Shown here piece after piece: positions 39,457 to 49,382 of a stretch of 64,000 nucleotides of DNA. This stretch comes from Vulcanimicrobiota bacterium (GTDB lineage Bacteria; Vulcanimicrobiota; Xenobia; Xenobiales; JADMJV01), in the NCBI GenBank assembly GCA_050250895.1, contig JBFWNU010000002.1, positions 192,001 through 256,000 of the forward strand, written 5' to 3'. The notes under the pieces are model-generated. The model was not told where the DNA came from, ran no database searches, and worked only from the letters and a program-made list of their open reading frames with translations. A program made the position numbers and the translations under genes. Numbering within the stretch: position 1 is the stretch's first letter; each line of letters opens with the position of its first letter.

Positions 39457-40099
39457 TGCGAAGCTGCACAAATCGAGTCATCTCGACCGTAGCTTTGCGT
39501 GCCGTATGGGGGATTTCCTTTTCGAGAGTCAAGTCGATGCGGAGCAGCCCTTTGATCCCCGGGTCGGGATCGGCATCCTCCACGGAGAAAGAGGTAACAT
39601 CGCGGGCCAGGGTATGCTCGCTGCCCCCGGTTTGGATGGCGATACTCTGCAGGTCGCTGGGAGTGATGATGGCGGGGCGGGCGGACGTAAACGTCACAGG
39701 AACCGAGGGTGGGGTGGGCGGATAAGTCTCCCAGTGCAGTTCTTTACGGACATCGTCGTACCAATAGACCTGCATCTCGTCGTCCCAACTGGGAAAGCCG
39801 TCACTCCCGATCTTTTCGATTCGCACGATCCCGACCGTCACCGGCGAAGTCAGGGCCAAGGTCACGCCGGTGGCATTGGTTCGTTGGAGATCGGAGACCA
39901 GACGGTTAATTGCCAGGATGGCTCTCTGTTGGAGATCCACTTTCATGTTGCCCTCAGCCGAATAGCGCATCGCTGGGATGAGGAACTGGGTGATAAGCCC
40001 CAACAATAGTAGCGTGATGGTACCAGCTACCAGCACTTCAGGCAAGGAAAAACCCTTATCGGTGGAGGGCGCTGACCAGCGTTTCTTGGGTGACTGCAT
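39446..40099 (-). CDS. Prepilin-type protein (PilW-like)
   Basis: DKG/FSLPEVLVAGTITLLLLG. Confidence 0.85.
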   Translation of the reverse strand: MQSPKKRWSAPSTDKGFSLPEVLVAGTITLLLLGLITQFLIPAMRYSAEGNMKVDLQQRAILAINRLVSDLQRTNATGVTLALTSPVTVGIVRIEKIGSDGFPSWDDEMQVYWYDDVRKELHWETYPPTPPSVPVTFTSARPAIITPSDLQSIAIQTGGSEHTLARDVTSFSVEDADPDPGIKGLLRIDLTLEKEIPHTARKATVEMTRFVQLRNAP

Positions 40100-40448
40100 A
40101 CTGCTGACCCTTAACCTCCCATTGGACTTGGACGCGAAGACCCATCGTAAAGTCGCTCCCCGGCGTCGTATCGGGGTCGAAGATCGTGACCGTCGGCGTA
40201 TAGGTTGTTCCGTCGTGGGTCTCGGCTGCGAAAGCCGGTCCAGGGCCCGGGGCTAGACTGTCGTAGTTCTCGGTTCGCATCCTCTCGAGCACCGACTGGG
40301 CTAGCAGGTTGGCCTGGATTCTTCCCTCACTGCGCTTCACCGCCACCATCGCGGCCGGGTAGAGATTCATGATCGCCAACACCACCAGCGAAATAAATAA
40401 CGCCGAAAAGATGGTTTCGACGAGTGTGAAAGCTCGCTTATTCACCAA
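40056..40448 (-). CDS. Minor pilin-like protein (PilV-like)
   Basis: KRA/FTLVETIFSALFISL. Confidence 0.85.
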   Translation of the reverse strand: MVNKRAFTLVETIFSALFISLVVLAIMNLYPAAMVAVKRSEGRIQANLLAQSVLERMRTENYDSLAPGPGPAFAAETHDGTTYTPTVTIFDPDTTPGSDFTMGLRVQVQWEVKGQQYAVTQETLVSALHR

Positions 40449-42315
40449 CCCGTTGTTCTTTCCAATAGAGCACTCTCAGCTTTTCCGACAGGTTGAGGAA
40501 GTCACTCAGGCGCACCGAGAAGAGGGTGGTGGTGGTGGGACCCCCGCCACCACCACCGCCGCCCCCGCCACCGGGGTCGACTCCGGCGTCGCCACCACCG
40601 ACTCGAAAGTCCTTGTAGTCTTTCGTCAGGCCCTGTCCTGGGGCCCAGAATAGTTGTTTGGCGGCCATGTCTAACTGAAGGGATTCTCCGGGTGACGGTG
40701 GGTGACCAAGTTCGACCTCGAGCGCGGCACGGATCTGTGCTTCGGTGGTCAGGTTGGTATGGCTGGCGATGGTGATGGGGAATTGGGCCGCGCTGACACT
40801 GTAGGTGCCGACGCCTGCGGCCTCGAGGGTGCCCGCGCCGGTCACCGGGTCGGTGAGCACGAAGCGCACATGGGGATTGCCATAGCCAAAGGACAATTCG
40901 CCGCCAGTATAGAGAAAGTTGTTGGGGTCGAGCGGGGCCACAGGTGGACCGATGCTCCAGGTTGGATTTCCAAAGGTAGCCAAACTAATGGGCGGCTTGT
41001 TAGGAATAGCGTTGGGGTCGAAATAGGAGCCTGAGCCTGAGGTGCTGGTAACGGTGAAGTCGCTGAATTCTTCTACCTGGTAGAGATCCACGTTGGTGTA
41101 GCTCGACGACGTTGTGGCCGTCGAGACGGCTGTGCCAGATAGCGTGATGTTGCTAGCATTTACCGGTCCGTGGGAGTAGACCAGCCCTTCGAAACGTGCG
41201 GCGTTTTTGTTCGTACCCACCAGATCGATGCCCGTGCCCGAGAGCAAGGCAGCTCGGTTGTCGGAAGTTGCCGAGCTATTGCCGCTAATCCCGATATGTC
41301 CGGTAGCCACCACCGCGCCCTTCCCTTTGATGCCTCCATTGACGGTCAGGTTTCCCTGGACGTAGAGCACGCCGCCGTTGAGATCGAGGTCATTGGCGAT
41401 GGTAAGGTCACCGTCGGAACGAGTGACTCCGCTGAGGGTGAGCGAGGGTTGGGTCGGAGGATTGGTCATCGTGGTCACGTCGGGATCACTCGAGTTTGGC
41501 GCATAGCTCGTCAGGTCGATGTCGGGGAGGTCGACCTGATCTGCTCCCAAACGCGTCTCGCCTTCTACAATGGAGGCCCAGTCGGCGGGCGTCGCCACGG
41601 CCCCGTTCAAGCTCGCCCCGCCTCGAGATTGCAGGTCACCCTTGATGGAGATATTGCCGACGGTTGTCTTGAAATCGATCGAGGTGGTGGCGTCGGTTGC
41701 ATTGGTGGCCACGTTCCCCGGTAGCAGCTGATCGTCGGGGATGGGGTAGCCGCCGTCGAGGACGCTGGCATCAGCGACCTCGGCCACCAATAAACCGCCT
41801 TCGCTGTTGATGGGCCCGTTGGCAGCCAGTCCGTAAGGGAAGCGGGGTACATAGATGACCGCCTCCACCTTTCGTTCCACGCCGTTGCATCGACCGGCCG
41901 CCACCAGATGGACCGCCTCAGGCGGAACCTCTCGACCATCTCCGCTGGCTGAAGTGTCAGAGTCCAGATTATTGAACGAGTAATTGATTCCCAGGCCATC
42001 GGCTTCGGTCTCGTCGAAGCTGAGCACGCCTACCGCATCGGCTGGCGCATTGGGGAGGGTTACTTGCACCAGGGTGCCGGAGCCAGAAGGGGTTCCGAAG
42101 TCCTCGTCGAGGATGATCTCTTCGATCGCCTTGGCAATGGCTGAATCCGCAAGATTCGACGCATATTGAGCGTTGGTGAGGCGGGCGCTGACGTTTAGAT
42201 GATTAAAGCCCATGGCCACGACAGTGAAGCCTAGCGCCAACATCAGGGCGGCGATCATCATGGTGGTGGGCAAGCCAGACCCACGTTTTGCTTTCGACTT
42301 CGACGTTCCCGACAT
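40438..42315 (-). CDS. PilX-like pilus assembly/tip protein
   Basis: KRG/SGLPTTMMIAALML; GDLTI/GNLTV repeats; FEGLVYSHG; poly-Gly linker; paralog of 4922-6778. Confidence 0.75.
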   Translation of the reverse strand: MSGTSKSKAKRGSGLPTTMMIAALMLALGFTVVAMGFNHLNVSARLTNAQYASNLADSAIAKAIEEIILDEDFGTPSGSGTLVQVTLPNAPADAVGVLSFDETEADGLGINYSFNNLDSDTSASGDGREVPPEAVHLVAAGRCNGVERKVEAVIYVPRFPYGLAANGPINSEGGLLVAEVADASVLDGGYPIPDDQLLPGNVATNATDATTSIDFKTTVGNISIKGDLQSRGGASLNGAVATPADWASIVEGETRLGADQVDLPDIDLTSYAPNSSDPDVTTMTNPPTQPSLTLSGVTRSDGDLTIANDLDLNGGVLYVQGNLTVNGGIKGKGAVVATGHIGISGNSSATSDNRAALLSGTGIDLVGTNKNAARFEGLVYSHGPVNASNITLSGTAVSTATTSSSYTNVDLYQVEEFSDFTVTSTSGSGSYFDPNAIPNKPPISLATFGNPTWSIGPPVAPLDPNNFLYTGGELSFGYGNPHVRFVLTDPVTGAGTLEAAGVGTYSVSAAQFPITIASHTNLTTEAQIRAALEVELGHPPSPGESLQLDMAAKQLFWAPGQGLTKDYKDFRVGGGDAGVDPGGGGGGGGGGGPTTTTLFSVRLSDFLNLSEKLRVLYWKEQRVGE

Positions 42316-42441
42316 GCTATAGCCTCTCTTCTCGCTTGAGCACCCCGCCGCCTACTCTTTAGCGGTAGGCTGGCGCGGCTGTTCGGGGCACGCCACTCCC
42401 ATCCAACAGTCTATCAGAAAAAATGCTATGTTGCCAGGTTG

Positions 42442-43218
42442 TTAAAGGTGGTTGGCTATGGTTTCTGTCATTTCTTTGTGCAAGTAGGTGTTGCTCGCCA
42501 ACACCTGGCCGCCGGTCAGCTCGAGGCTGCCCCCGGTAAGATTGGTGACGGTGCCCTCGGCCCCCTCGACGATCAGGGCGGCTGCGGCCATGTCCCAGCT
42601 GGCCAGCTGCCAGTCCCAGAACCCGTCGGCCCGACCGCAAGCCACAAAGCAAATATCCAGGGCAGCGCAGCCGTCTCGCCGGATACCATGGGTCGCACGT
42701 TGCATCGCACTGATCAGAGCCACCTGGCGTTCGCCTCCGGCAAAGCCGGTAATCAGCAGTGCCTCCTCCAGGCGTCGCCGGTGGCTCACTTTGATGGGCT
42801 GACCGTTGAGCCGGCTCGGTCGACCGCGCGCCCCGGTGAAGAGCTCGTCACGCAAAGGGTCGTATACCACCCCGACCTGACAGGTTCCGCCGGCCAACAG
42901 AGCCACCGTCACCGCCACCAGCGGATAGCCGTGGGTGAAGTTCGTGGTGCCGTCCAGAGGGTCCACCACCCAACAAGGCGCGGGGGACGGGGCCCCTCGG
43001 CGGCCACCCTCTTCGCCCAGAAAGCCGTAGTCGGGAAATTCCTGGGTGAGGGCGTCATACAAGAGCTTTTCGCAGGCCAGATCGGTCTCGGTGTAGAGGT
43101 CTTTCGGGCCCTTGGTGCCGGCGACGACGGCCTGGCCAAAATCGGCGCGAATCCGTTGGCCGGCCAGGCGGGCAGCGCGGCAGGCCGCGTCGAGATGCTT
43201 GTCGTCTTGGCGCCCCAT
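42442..43218 (-). CDS. Inositol monophosphatase family protein (SuhB-like)
   Basis: LGEE, WVVDPLDGTTNF, WDMAAA. Confidence 0.9.
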   Translation of the reverse strand: MGRQDDKHLDAACRAARLAGQRIRADFGQAVVAGTKGPKDLYTETDLACEKLLYDALTQEFPDYGFLGEEGGRRGAPSPAPCWVVDPLDGTTNFTHGYPLVAVTVALLAGGTCQVGVVYDPLRDELFTGARGRPSRLNGQPIKVSHRRRLEEALLITGFAGGERQVALISAMQRATHGIRRDGCAALDICFVACGRADGFWDWQLASWDMAAAALIVEGAEGTVTNLTGGSLELTGGQVLASNTYLHKEMTETIANHL

Positions 43219-43281
43219 AGGCGCCGGGTTCGTCGCTCGCCCGAAGAGGCCTCTCCCAGGGCGCGCCGAAGGTGCTTGGCG

Positions 43282-45309
43282 GTGGCCAGTCCTGGGACTC
43301 TGATAGAGTATGTCCAACAGAAGAGGGTGCTGTGCGCTCTCTGTTTGAAGGTTGATAACAAGGGGACGCTCTTCGTTCAGACCGAAGAGAACCGCCAGGG
43401 TAAAGTCCCTTCTTCCAAGGTGCTCTTCTCGGTGCCGGATAGCCTTTCCCCGGGCTCGGCCCCAGAAGCCATCACCGAGCATCTCAAGAAGGCCTCCGAG
43501 CAACGCGACCAGATCGCGGCCGAAGTGCCGTTGGAGGAACTCTGGGAGCTACTGGTCGACGACGAAGAGGCTGAACTCGAACTCGACGAGCTGGCCGAAC
43601 TCTACTTCGGCGAGGCTCGGGTCGAGCAGCTGTCTGGCCTGTATCGGGCCCTCTCGGACGACAGCATGTGGTTTCTACGCAAGGGCAACAGCTATCGGCC
43701 CCGCCCTCGCGCCCAGGTTGAAGAGATTCAGCAGCGGCTCGAGACCGAACAACGCAAGGAGCGCGAACTTGCGGTGGTCGGAGAGTGGCTCCAACAGCTG
43801 TGGAAGGGGCCCAACGCCGAGGCTCCCGTCGACTATCCGGCGGAGGCCCCCGAGGCCGGGGCTTATTATCTCGACCGTATCAAAGAAGTGGCGGTCCATG
43901 GGCCCGAGGCCACCAAATTCAAGGAGATCAACAAGCTCCTCAAAGACCTCGGTATCACTCGCAAAGACGCGCCCTTTGCCCTGATGCAGAAGGCCGGGCA
44001 CTTTCACCCCGACGAGAACCTGTTGCTCCATGCCTTTCGCACACCCATCGACTTTCGCGACGAAGTCGAAGAGGCTGCTCGCCAGGCGGCCAGCCGGCTC
44101 GACGAGGTTCTGGCCGAGCCGCGCCGCGACCTGACTCATCTCGAGTGTTTCACCGTGGATGACGCCTATACCACCGAGATCGACGATGCTCTTAGCCTGG
44201 AAGAGACCGCCCAGGGCTTTCGCGTGGGTATCCACATCGCCGATGCATCGGCCTTTGTCGAGCCCGGCGGTGTGCTCGACGAGGAAGCGTCGATTCGGGG
44301 CACGGCCGTCTATCTACCCTCACGCAAGATTCGCATGCTGCCAGAGGTGCTCGGTGATGAGGCTGCCAGTCTGATCGCCGGTCCTGTCCGCCCTGCGTTT
44401 TCGTTCTTGCTCGATTACGACCACGATTTCCAACCGCTCGGCGTCGAGATGACCCCCAGCCGGGTGAAGGTGAGCCAGCGGTTGACCTATGACCAGGCCG
44501 ACCAGATGCTCGCCGATGGTTGCGCCTTCTCCCAGCTCTACGACATCGCGGCCGCCCTGCGCGCTCGCCGCCAGGAACAGGGCGCCGTCACCGTGCCTTT
44601 TCCGCGCATCAACGTGCGAGTCGAAGGAGAGCGCATTCTCATCGAGCGCGAGAATGCCCATTCGCAGTCGCAGGTCATGGTCAGCGAAATGATGATCCTG
44701 GCCAATCGCACGGCTGGCGAGTATTTCGCGGCCCACGATGTAGCCGGCCTCTATCGAGGTCAGCAGCCGCCCGAAAAGCCCATCCCACCCGACACCAAAT
44801 TCACTCCCGACGTGCTCTTCCGTCTGCGACGGATGTTTCGCAAAGGCGAAAGCAGCTACAAGCCGATTCGGCATAGCGGTCTGGGGCTCGACGCTTACAC
44901 CCAGGTTTCATCCCCGATTCGGCGCTACAGTGACCTGCTGATGCAGCGTCAGCTCAAGGCTTGCCTGGCCGGGGCACCCTTCTACGACGAAGAGTCTCTG
45001 GTGGCTCGCTGCGCCCATCTGGCTCAGGCCGTCTCTCAGGCCGACCAGATGGAACGCGACCGCAAAGTCTATTGGAGCCTGCGCCACCTCGAAGAGCGCC
45101 GGTTCTCGGAAACGCCAGCCGTGGTGTTGGCCAATCTGCCTGATCGGCATCTGGTGCAGTTGACCGAGGTCCTATGGGAGACCGAGTGTCCCCACATTCC
45201 TGGCAAGCCCCTTCCCCCAGGCTCGCAACTTTCGGTTAGAATAGAGTTGGTATTTCCCAGGGAAAGATTGGTTCGTGTCACACCAGTATCCGAAGACGAC
45301 GAAGGGTAA
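43282..45309 (+). CDS. RNase II/R family (RNB domain) exoribonuclease
   Basis: TVDDAYTTEIDDA, HIAD, EMMILAN, SPIRRYSDL. Start trimmed to GTG 43282. Confidence 0.9.
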   Translation: MASPGTLIEYVQQKRVLCALCLKVDNKGTLFVQTEENRQGKVPSSKVLFSVPDSLSPGSAPEAITEHLKKASEQRDQIAAEVPLEELWELLVDDEEAELELDELAELYFGEARVEQLSGLYRALSDDSMWFLRKGNSYRPRPRAQVEEIQQRLETEQRKERELAVVGEWLQQLWKGPNAEAPVDYPAEAPEAGAYYLDRIKEVAVHGPEATKFKEINKLLKDLGITRKDAPFALMQKAGHFHPDENLLLHAFRTPIDFRDEVEEAARQAASRLDEVLAEPRRDLTHLECFTVDDAYTTEIDDALSLEETAQGFRVGIHIADASAFVEPGGVLDEEASIRGTAVYLPSRKIRMLPEVLGDEAASLIAGPVRPAFSFLLDYDHDFQPLGVEMTPSRVKVSQRLTYDQADQMLADGCAFSQLYDIAAALRARRQEQGAVTVPFPRINVRVEGERILIERENAHSQSQVMVSEMMILANRTAGEYFAAHDVAGLYRGQQPPEKPIPPDTKFTPDVLFRLRRMFRKGESSYKPIRHSGLGLDAYTQVSSPIRRYSDLLMQRQLKACLAGAPFYDEESLVARCAHLAQAVSQADQMERDRKVYWSLRHLEERRFSETPAVVLANLPDRHLVQLTEVLWETECPHIPGKPLPPGSQLSVRIELVFPRERLVRVTPVSEDDEG

Positions 45310-45318
45310 TGTGAGACC

Positions 45319-46938
45319 ATGGATTTTCGAAATGGACTAGGAGTCTGGCTGCTCGAGCACAAGGTGGCCAAGAGGCGTGTCCTGGAGGATGCGGCTCGCG
45401 AGGCCAAGCGCAGCGGACTTTGGCTCGAGCAGGTTCTGGTCGAGCAGGGGAATGTGGACCGAACCATCCTTCTCCAGGCCCTGGCCGAGTTGAGCGGCGT
45501 GCCGTCGGTCGATCTTGAGAGCTATCCCATCGATCCGGCGGTGGGGCAACTCATCCCCCGCGAGATGGTCGACCGCTTTCGGCTACTACCACTAAAAGAA
45601 AAGCCCGGCGCTCTCGAAGTGGCCATGGTGGACCCCACCGACACCTTCGCCCGCGAATTCATCAAGATGCGGACCGGTCTCGAGGCCGAGCCGCGTACCA
45701 CCATGATTACCGACCTTAAGGCCGCCGTCGAGCGGGCCTTTGCCACCGAGGTCACGCGAGCCCCGGTTCGCCCTAGCGACCGCTATCGCCAGTTGAGTCT
45801 GCCCATGCACAATATGATTCCGGGCAGCCAGGTCACGCGCAAGTCGCGCGAGATTCAGGCCATTACCCTCGAGAAGCCGGTGCCGGTGGCGGTCTCGTCC
45901 GAGCATCCTCAGGACCAGGTGTTGCGCGCTTTGCTCGAGGTTGCTCGCGACCTTGCCTCGACGCTCGAGCCTCAAGTGGTCATTCGCAAGATTCTCAGCA
46001 ACGCCATGGCTATCGCCGACTCGGAGGGAGCCTCGCTCATTCTGATTGGCGAGAGCGGCCACGATCTCTACTTTCGCGAGTCGGTCGGACCGCGCAGTCA
46101 AGAGGTCAAGAACCTGCGTCTGCCGCTCGATGACAAATCAGTGGTGGGTCTGGTCATCAAGAATCAAGCCTCCCAGACCATCAACGACACGGTCGCCGAC
46201 CCCCGCCACAGCAAAAAAGTGGACGAGGCGGTCAGTTTTCAGACCCGCTCGCTCGTCTGTTGCCCGGTCAGTTGGCGTGGCACCCCGGTGGGTGCCCTCA
46301 CGGCCGTCAACAAACGCCATGGAAGTTTCACCGCCGAAGATCAGAGCTATCTCGAACTGCTGGCCGCTCAGGCGGCGGTGGCCCTCTCGAATAGTTCGGT
46401 GCTCGACCAGTTGCGTGGCTTTCACCACGAGATCGTCGGAATTCTGGTCGATGTGCTCGAGGTTTTCGACAACATCTCGCGAGACCACATGGTCGACGTG
46501 GCCCGGGTGGCCACCAAGCTGGCCAGGAAGCTACAGTTGAGTGAGCCCGAAATCGAGTTGCTCTGCTACGCGAGCTTGTTGCACGACATCGGCAAGGTGA
46601 AATGCCCGGATCCCCACGACCCTCGCCATGCGGAGATCGGCGCCACCATGCTGGCCCGGGTCAAGCTGCTGGAAGGGGTCAGCCCGATCATTCGCCACCA
46701 TCACGAGTGCTACGACGGCAGCGGGTTTCCTGATGGTCTGATGGGCGAAGAGATCCCCCCGCTGGCTCGCATCCTGGCTCTCTCTGAGGCCTGGGTCGAA
46801 GAGGTGGCCCTGGCCAAGCCCGAGGCCCAGCCAGAGGCCCTGGCCACTTTGATGCGCGAGTTCGGAGGGCGCTTTGACCCGGCTCTGCGAGAGGCGTTCG
46901 AGTCGGCGGTGGCGGCCACCACCTCCACTCCAGCTTGA
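45319..46938 (+). CDS. GspE/PilB N-terminal (MshEN-like) + GAF + HD-GYP protein
   Basis: LGVWLLE..LEQVLVEQG..LQAL and VAMVDP; GAF (FQTRSLVCCP, NKRHG.F); LLHDIGK and HHECYDGSGFP. Confidence 0.85.
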   Translation: MDFRNGLGVWLLEHKVAKRRVLEDAAREAKRSGLWLEQVLVEQGNVDRTILLQALAELSGVPSVDLESYPIDPAVGQLIPREMVDRFRLLPLKEKPGALEVAMVDPTDTFAREFIKMRTGLEAEPRTTMITDLKAAVERAFATEVTRAPVRPSDRYRQLSLPMHNMIPGSQVTRKSREIQAITLEKPVPVAVSSEHPQDQVLRALLEVARDLASTLEPQVVIRKILSNAMAIADSEGASLILIGESGHDLYFRESVGPRSQEVKNLRLPLDDKSVVGLVIKNQASQTINDTVADPRHSKKVDEAVSFQTRSLVCCPVSWRGTPVGALTAVNKRHGSFTAEDQSYLELLAAQAAVALSNSSVLDQLRGFHHEIVGILVDVLEVFDNISRDHMVDVARVATKLARKLQLSEPEIELLCYASLLHDIGKVKCPDPHDPRHAEIGATMLARVKLLEGVSPIIRHHHECYDGSGFPDGLMGEEIPPLARILALSEAWVEEVALAKPEAQPEALATLMREFGGRFDPALREAFESAVAATTSTPA

Positions 46939-46943
46939 CAAAC

Positions 46944-46974
46944 GAAAAAGGGCCCGGTCAGCCGGGCCCTTTTC
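46944..46974. terminator. Bidirectional intrinsic terminator
   Basis: AAAAAGGGCCCGG-TCAG-CCGGGCCCTTTT between convergent genes. Confidence 0.85.
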
Positions 46975-46989
46975 TCTATGGTTTCGCGA

Positions 46990-48117
46990 CTAGCGCGAAG
47001 CCTGGTATTTCTGCAGGTTGAACTTATTGAGTTCTGAGGCGCTCGGCCACCAGTCATACATTTTGAAGGCGTCGCCGTTGCGCACGAAGCGGCCCACGAA
47101 CTTCTGGTGGTTGACGGCCAGACTGGTGATGCCCAGGTCTTGCACCGAGGTGACCTCGCCCTGGTCGGGATAGGCGTTGCCGTTCTTGTCCTGCCAGACC
47201 ATCAGGCCGGCCAGTTCATCGCCAGAAATTTGACCATCATTGCTGTTGTCGAGCATCGAGAGGGCTTCGTAACCATCCTCGTAGCCGGTCGAGGTGCCAA
47301 AGAGGCAGGTGCCGTCGATGCGGCCGTCAGCTTTGGGGCGGCAGAGCAAGCCGTCATTGGGGCCGACCCATTCGGTCAACATCGGAAAACCGTTGCCACG
47401 CAGGTCGAAGAAGGCCAGTCGCTTCTTGTAGACGGTGGTGTGGGGCATCCAATCCCCGTTGGAGGCTTCGATTTTGCCGTCGCCATCGAGGTCGAGCACG
47501 ATGGGGCTGACGCACTTGTTGACGACCAATTGGTAGTTCGAGGTCACGCTTAGATTGTTGGTGGTGATGTCGGTATAAAACTGGGTGGTAGTCTCGGTGT
47601 CGGTCGTGATGACATTGATCTGACCAGACTCCACGATAATGCTCGAGATATTGTCGAGGTCTCCGATGAACACGGTTCCAGGTTGCACGATCACCTCGGT
47701 GTTGGTCTCGGTGACCACGGTCTGTCCGTCGTCACGCCGTTCGAAATCCTGGGATAAGACCACCGTGCTGTCCCCCAGATAACTCGTGTTGGAGTAAAAT
47801 TGACCGTTTCGGGCTACGCCGTTGATGTCGGCCCGGAGTTGTGCGTCGAGGGCCGCTATTGCGCTTGCATATTCGGGGTAGGCCACCGTCGCTTCGCGGT
47901 TGAAATGGGTCACGCCGTTGACCTGGCCGATCCCCATGATGTGGGCGAGGTGTTCTTGAATCACGTTGCGGGTCACTGTCGTGATGTCTTCTTGATAGAC
48001 CTGTTCAAAATTGAACTCGAAAATGAGCCCACCATCCCCCTCGCCAGCCACGCCAGCAAGGGCCGGAGACCAGAGAAATAGCGCAAACAAACTCGCGACC
48101 AGTAGACGTTTCACCAT
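46990..48117 (-). CDS. Secreted Ca-binding protein (SPIVLDLDGDG/EF-hand-like domain)
   Basis: Signal peptide; SPIVLDLDGDG, WVGPNDGLL, LDNSNDGQI, VWQDKNGN; AAGGAG RBS. Confidence 0.78.
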   Translation of the reverse strand: MVKRLLVASLFALFLWSPALAGVAGEGDGGLIFEFNFEQVYQEDITTVTRNVIQEHLAHIMGIGQVNGVTHFNREATVAYPEYASAIAALDAQLRADINGVARNGQFYSNTSYLGDSTVVLSQDFERRDDGQTVVTETNTEVIVQPGTVFIGDLDNISSIIVESGQINVITTDTETTTQFYTDITTNNLSVTSNYQLVVNKCVSPIVLDLDGDGKIEASNGDWMPHTTVYKKRLAFFDLRGNGFPMLTEWVGPNDGLLCRPKADGRIDGTCLFGTSTGYEDGYEALSMLDNSNDGQISGDELAGLMVWQDKNGNAYPDQGEVTSVQDLGITSLAVNHQKFVGRFVRNGDAFKMYDWWPSASELNKFNLQKYQASR

Positions 48118-48304
48118 GACAACTCCTTATAAATCTTTGGCTATCATAGCACGGACATCGATGTCTGGGGAGCTTTGCGAAGAAATCCTAAAGGTTGGGC
48201 TCGCTCGAATCTGGCGGTTTGTTAACAAAAGTTAACCTAAATTTGCGTTTGCCAGGGAATAGTGTCTGCACGACAATCGCTCAAAGCGATTTCAAGGAGA
48301 TAGT

Positions 48305-48667
48305 ATGTCAATAGCTCTTCTTACCCGCCCCGTTCCGGCTGTGACCGGCGGCTATCGCTATACCTCGCGCGGCCTGGTCGACGCCAGTATGCTCGACAAC
48401 CTGCGCCAGCGCGGCATCGATGATCCCATCTGCTCGATTAAAGACCCCCGTCTCGACTACCCCGAGTTGCTCTTGCTTGACGGCTTCCGCTGGGAGTCCA
48501 CCGACAACGGCTCGCGCTACATCCGCGAGGTCGAAGACAACCCCAGCTGCCAGCAGGTGGTCGAGTTCTGCGCCAACGATGTGCGCAAGGTCACGACCCG
48601 CTGCGGCTATCGCTTCCAAGAGCTGACCCTTCATCCCGACGGGACCTGTATCGAAGTCCACCGCTGA
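48305..48667 (+). CDS. Hypothetical protein
   Basis: 120-aa ORF with AAGGAG RBS. Confidence 0.65.
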   Translation: MSIALLTRPVPAVTGGYRYTSRGLVDASMLDNLRQRGIDDPICSIKDPRLDYPELLLLDGFRWESTDNGSRYIREVEDNPSCQQVVEFCANDVRKVTTRCGYRFQELTLHPDGTCIEVHR

Positions 48668-48685
48668 GTTGGCCAGAATCGCCCC

Positions 48686-49111
48686 TCAGTCGAGGACCGT
48701 GTGGGCGAGACCACCCACCCTGCGGAAGTCAGTGTCAAAGGTGACCAGATGAGCCCCCGCCTGAGCGGCTGCCGCGGCGATCCAGATGTCGTTGGTAGGG
48801 ATGGGAGTTCCGTTCTTGCGAAGCTCGGCGAAGAGCTTACCGTAGAGACCGCTCACCGGCTGGGTAATCGGCTGTGAAAAGACGAACGGCTCGGCCAGAA
48901 AATCTTGCAGAGTGGCCATGTTCTCGCTATAGCGAGCCCCGAGCCGAAAGCCAGCTTCGAGTTCCCCGATCACGACCGTGCACACGTCCACTCGCTCGGC
49001 GGCGGCAAGCCAACGTAGCACGGTGTTGTGTCCGCGCCTCAGTTGCGAATAGGCTGACGTGTCGAAAGCGAGATAGCCCGCCGGTGGGTTATTGCCAGAG
49101 GGCATCGTCAA
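48686..49111 (-). CDS. vapC: PIN-domain toxin
   Basis: FDTSAYS, VIGEL, PIPTNDIWIAA, LVTFDTDF. Confidence 0.92.
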   Translation of the reverse strand: MTMPSGNNPPAGYLAFDTSAYSQLRRGHNTVLRWLAAAERVDVCTVVIGELEAGFRLGARYSENMATLQDFLAEPFVFSQPITQPVSGLYGKLFAELRKNGTPIPTNDIWIAAAAAQAGAHLVTFDTDFRRVGGLAHTVLD

Positions 49112-49343
49112 CCGTTCTTTGGGCGGCCAAGGACTGCTGAAACTCTTCGAAGTCGTCCTGCGTCCAGGTTGCGTATCGTTGCTTTAGATGTTCGTAGCGC
49201 TGATCGTGGTCCATCGCCTCCTCTAGAAGGTTCAGGATTAGCGAGTTCAGGCTGGTCCCTGCCAGCAGGGCGCGATTCTTGAGCTTACGTGCCAATTCCG
49301 GCGAGACGTTGCGCAAAGTGATTCTTTGGGATCGTGACTCCAT
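49089..49343 (-). CDS. Ribbon-helix-helix antitoxin (FitA/VapB-like)
   Basis: ITLRNVSPEL..LK.RA...G.SLN; overlaps vapC. Confidence 0.85.
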   Translation of the reverse strand: MESRSQRITLRNVSPELARKLKNRALLAGTSLNSLILNLLEEAMDHDQRYEHLKQRYATWTQDDFEEFQQSLAAQRTVDDALWQ

Positions 49344-49374
49344 GATGTCACCATCTTAGCGTCGTGATGTCACC
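49343..49374 (-). promoter_or_regulatory. Probable antitoxin operator and promoter
   Basis: TGATGTCACC repeated at 49343 and 49365 (22-bp period) around a minus-strand TAAGAT -10. Confidence 0.6.
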
Positions 49375-49382
49375 CTGTCGAG

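Noticed and set aside
42442-43218. IMPase as the HisN histidinol phosphatase
   Set aside because: It is unlinked to the his operon and has SuhB-like motifs, and the HisC-fused HAD is a better candidate. Not excluded.
42439-43281. 956-aa RNase II with a long N-terminal extension
   Set aside because: The extension is antisense to the IMPase gene; the real start is near 43282.
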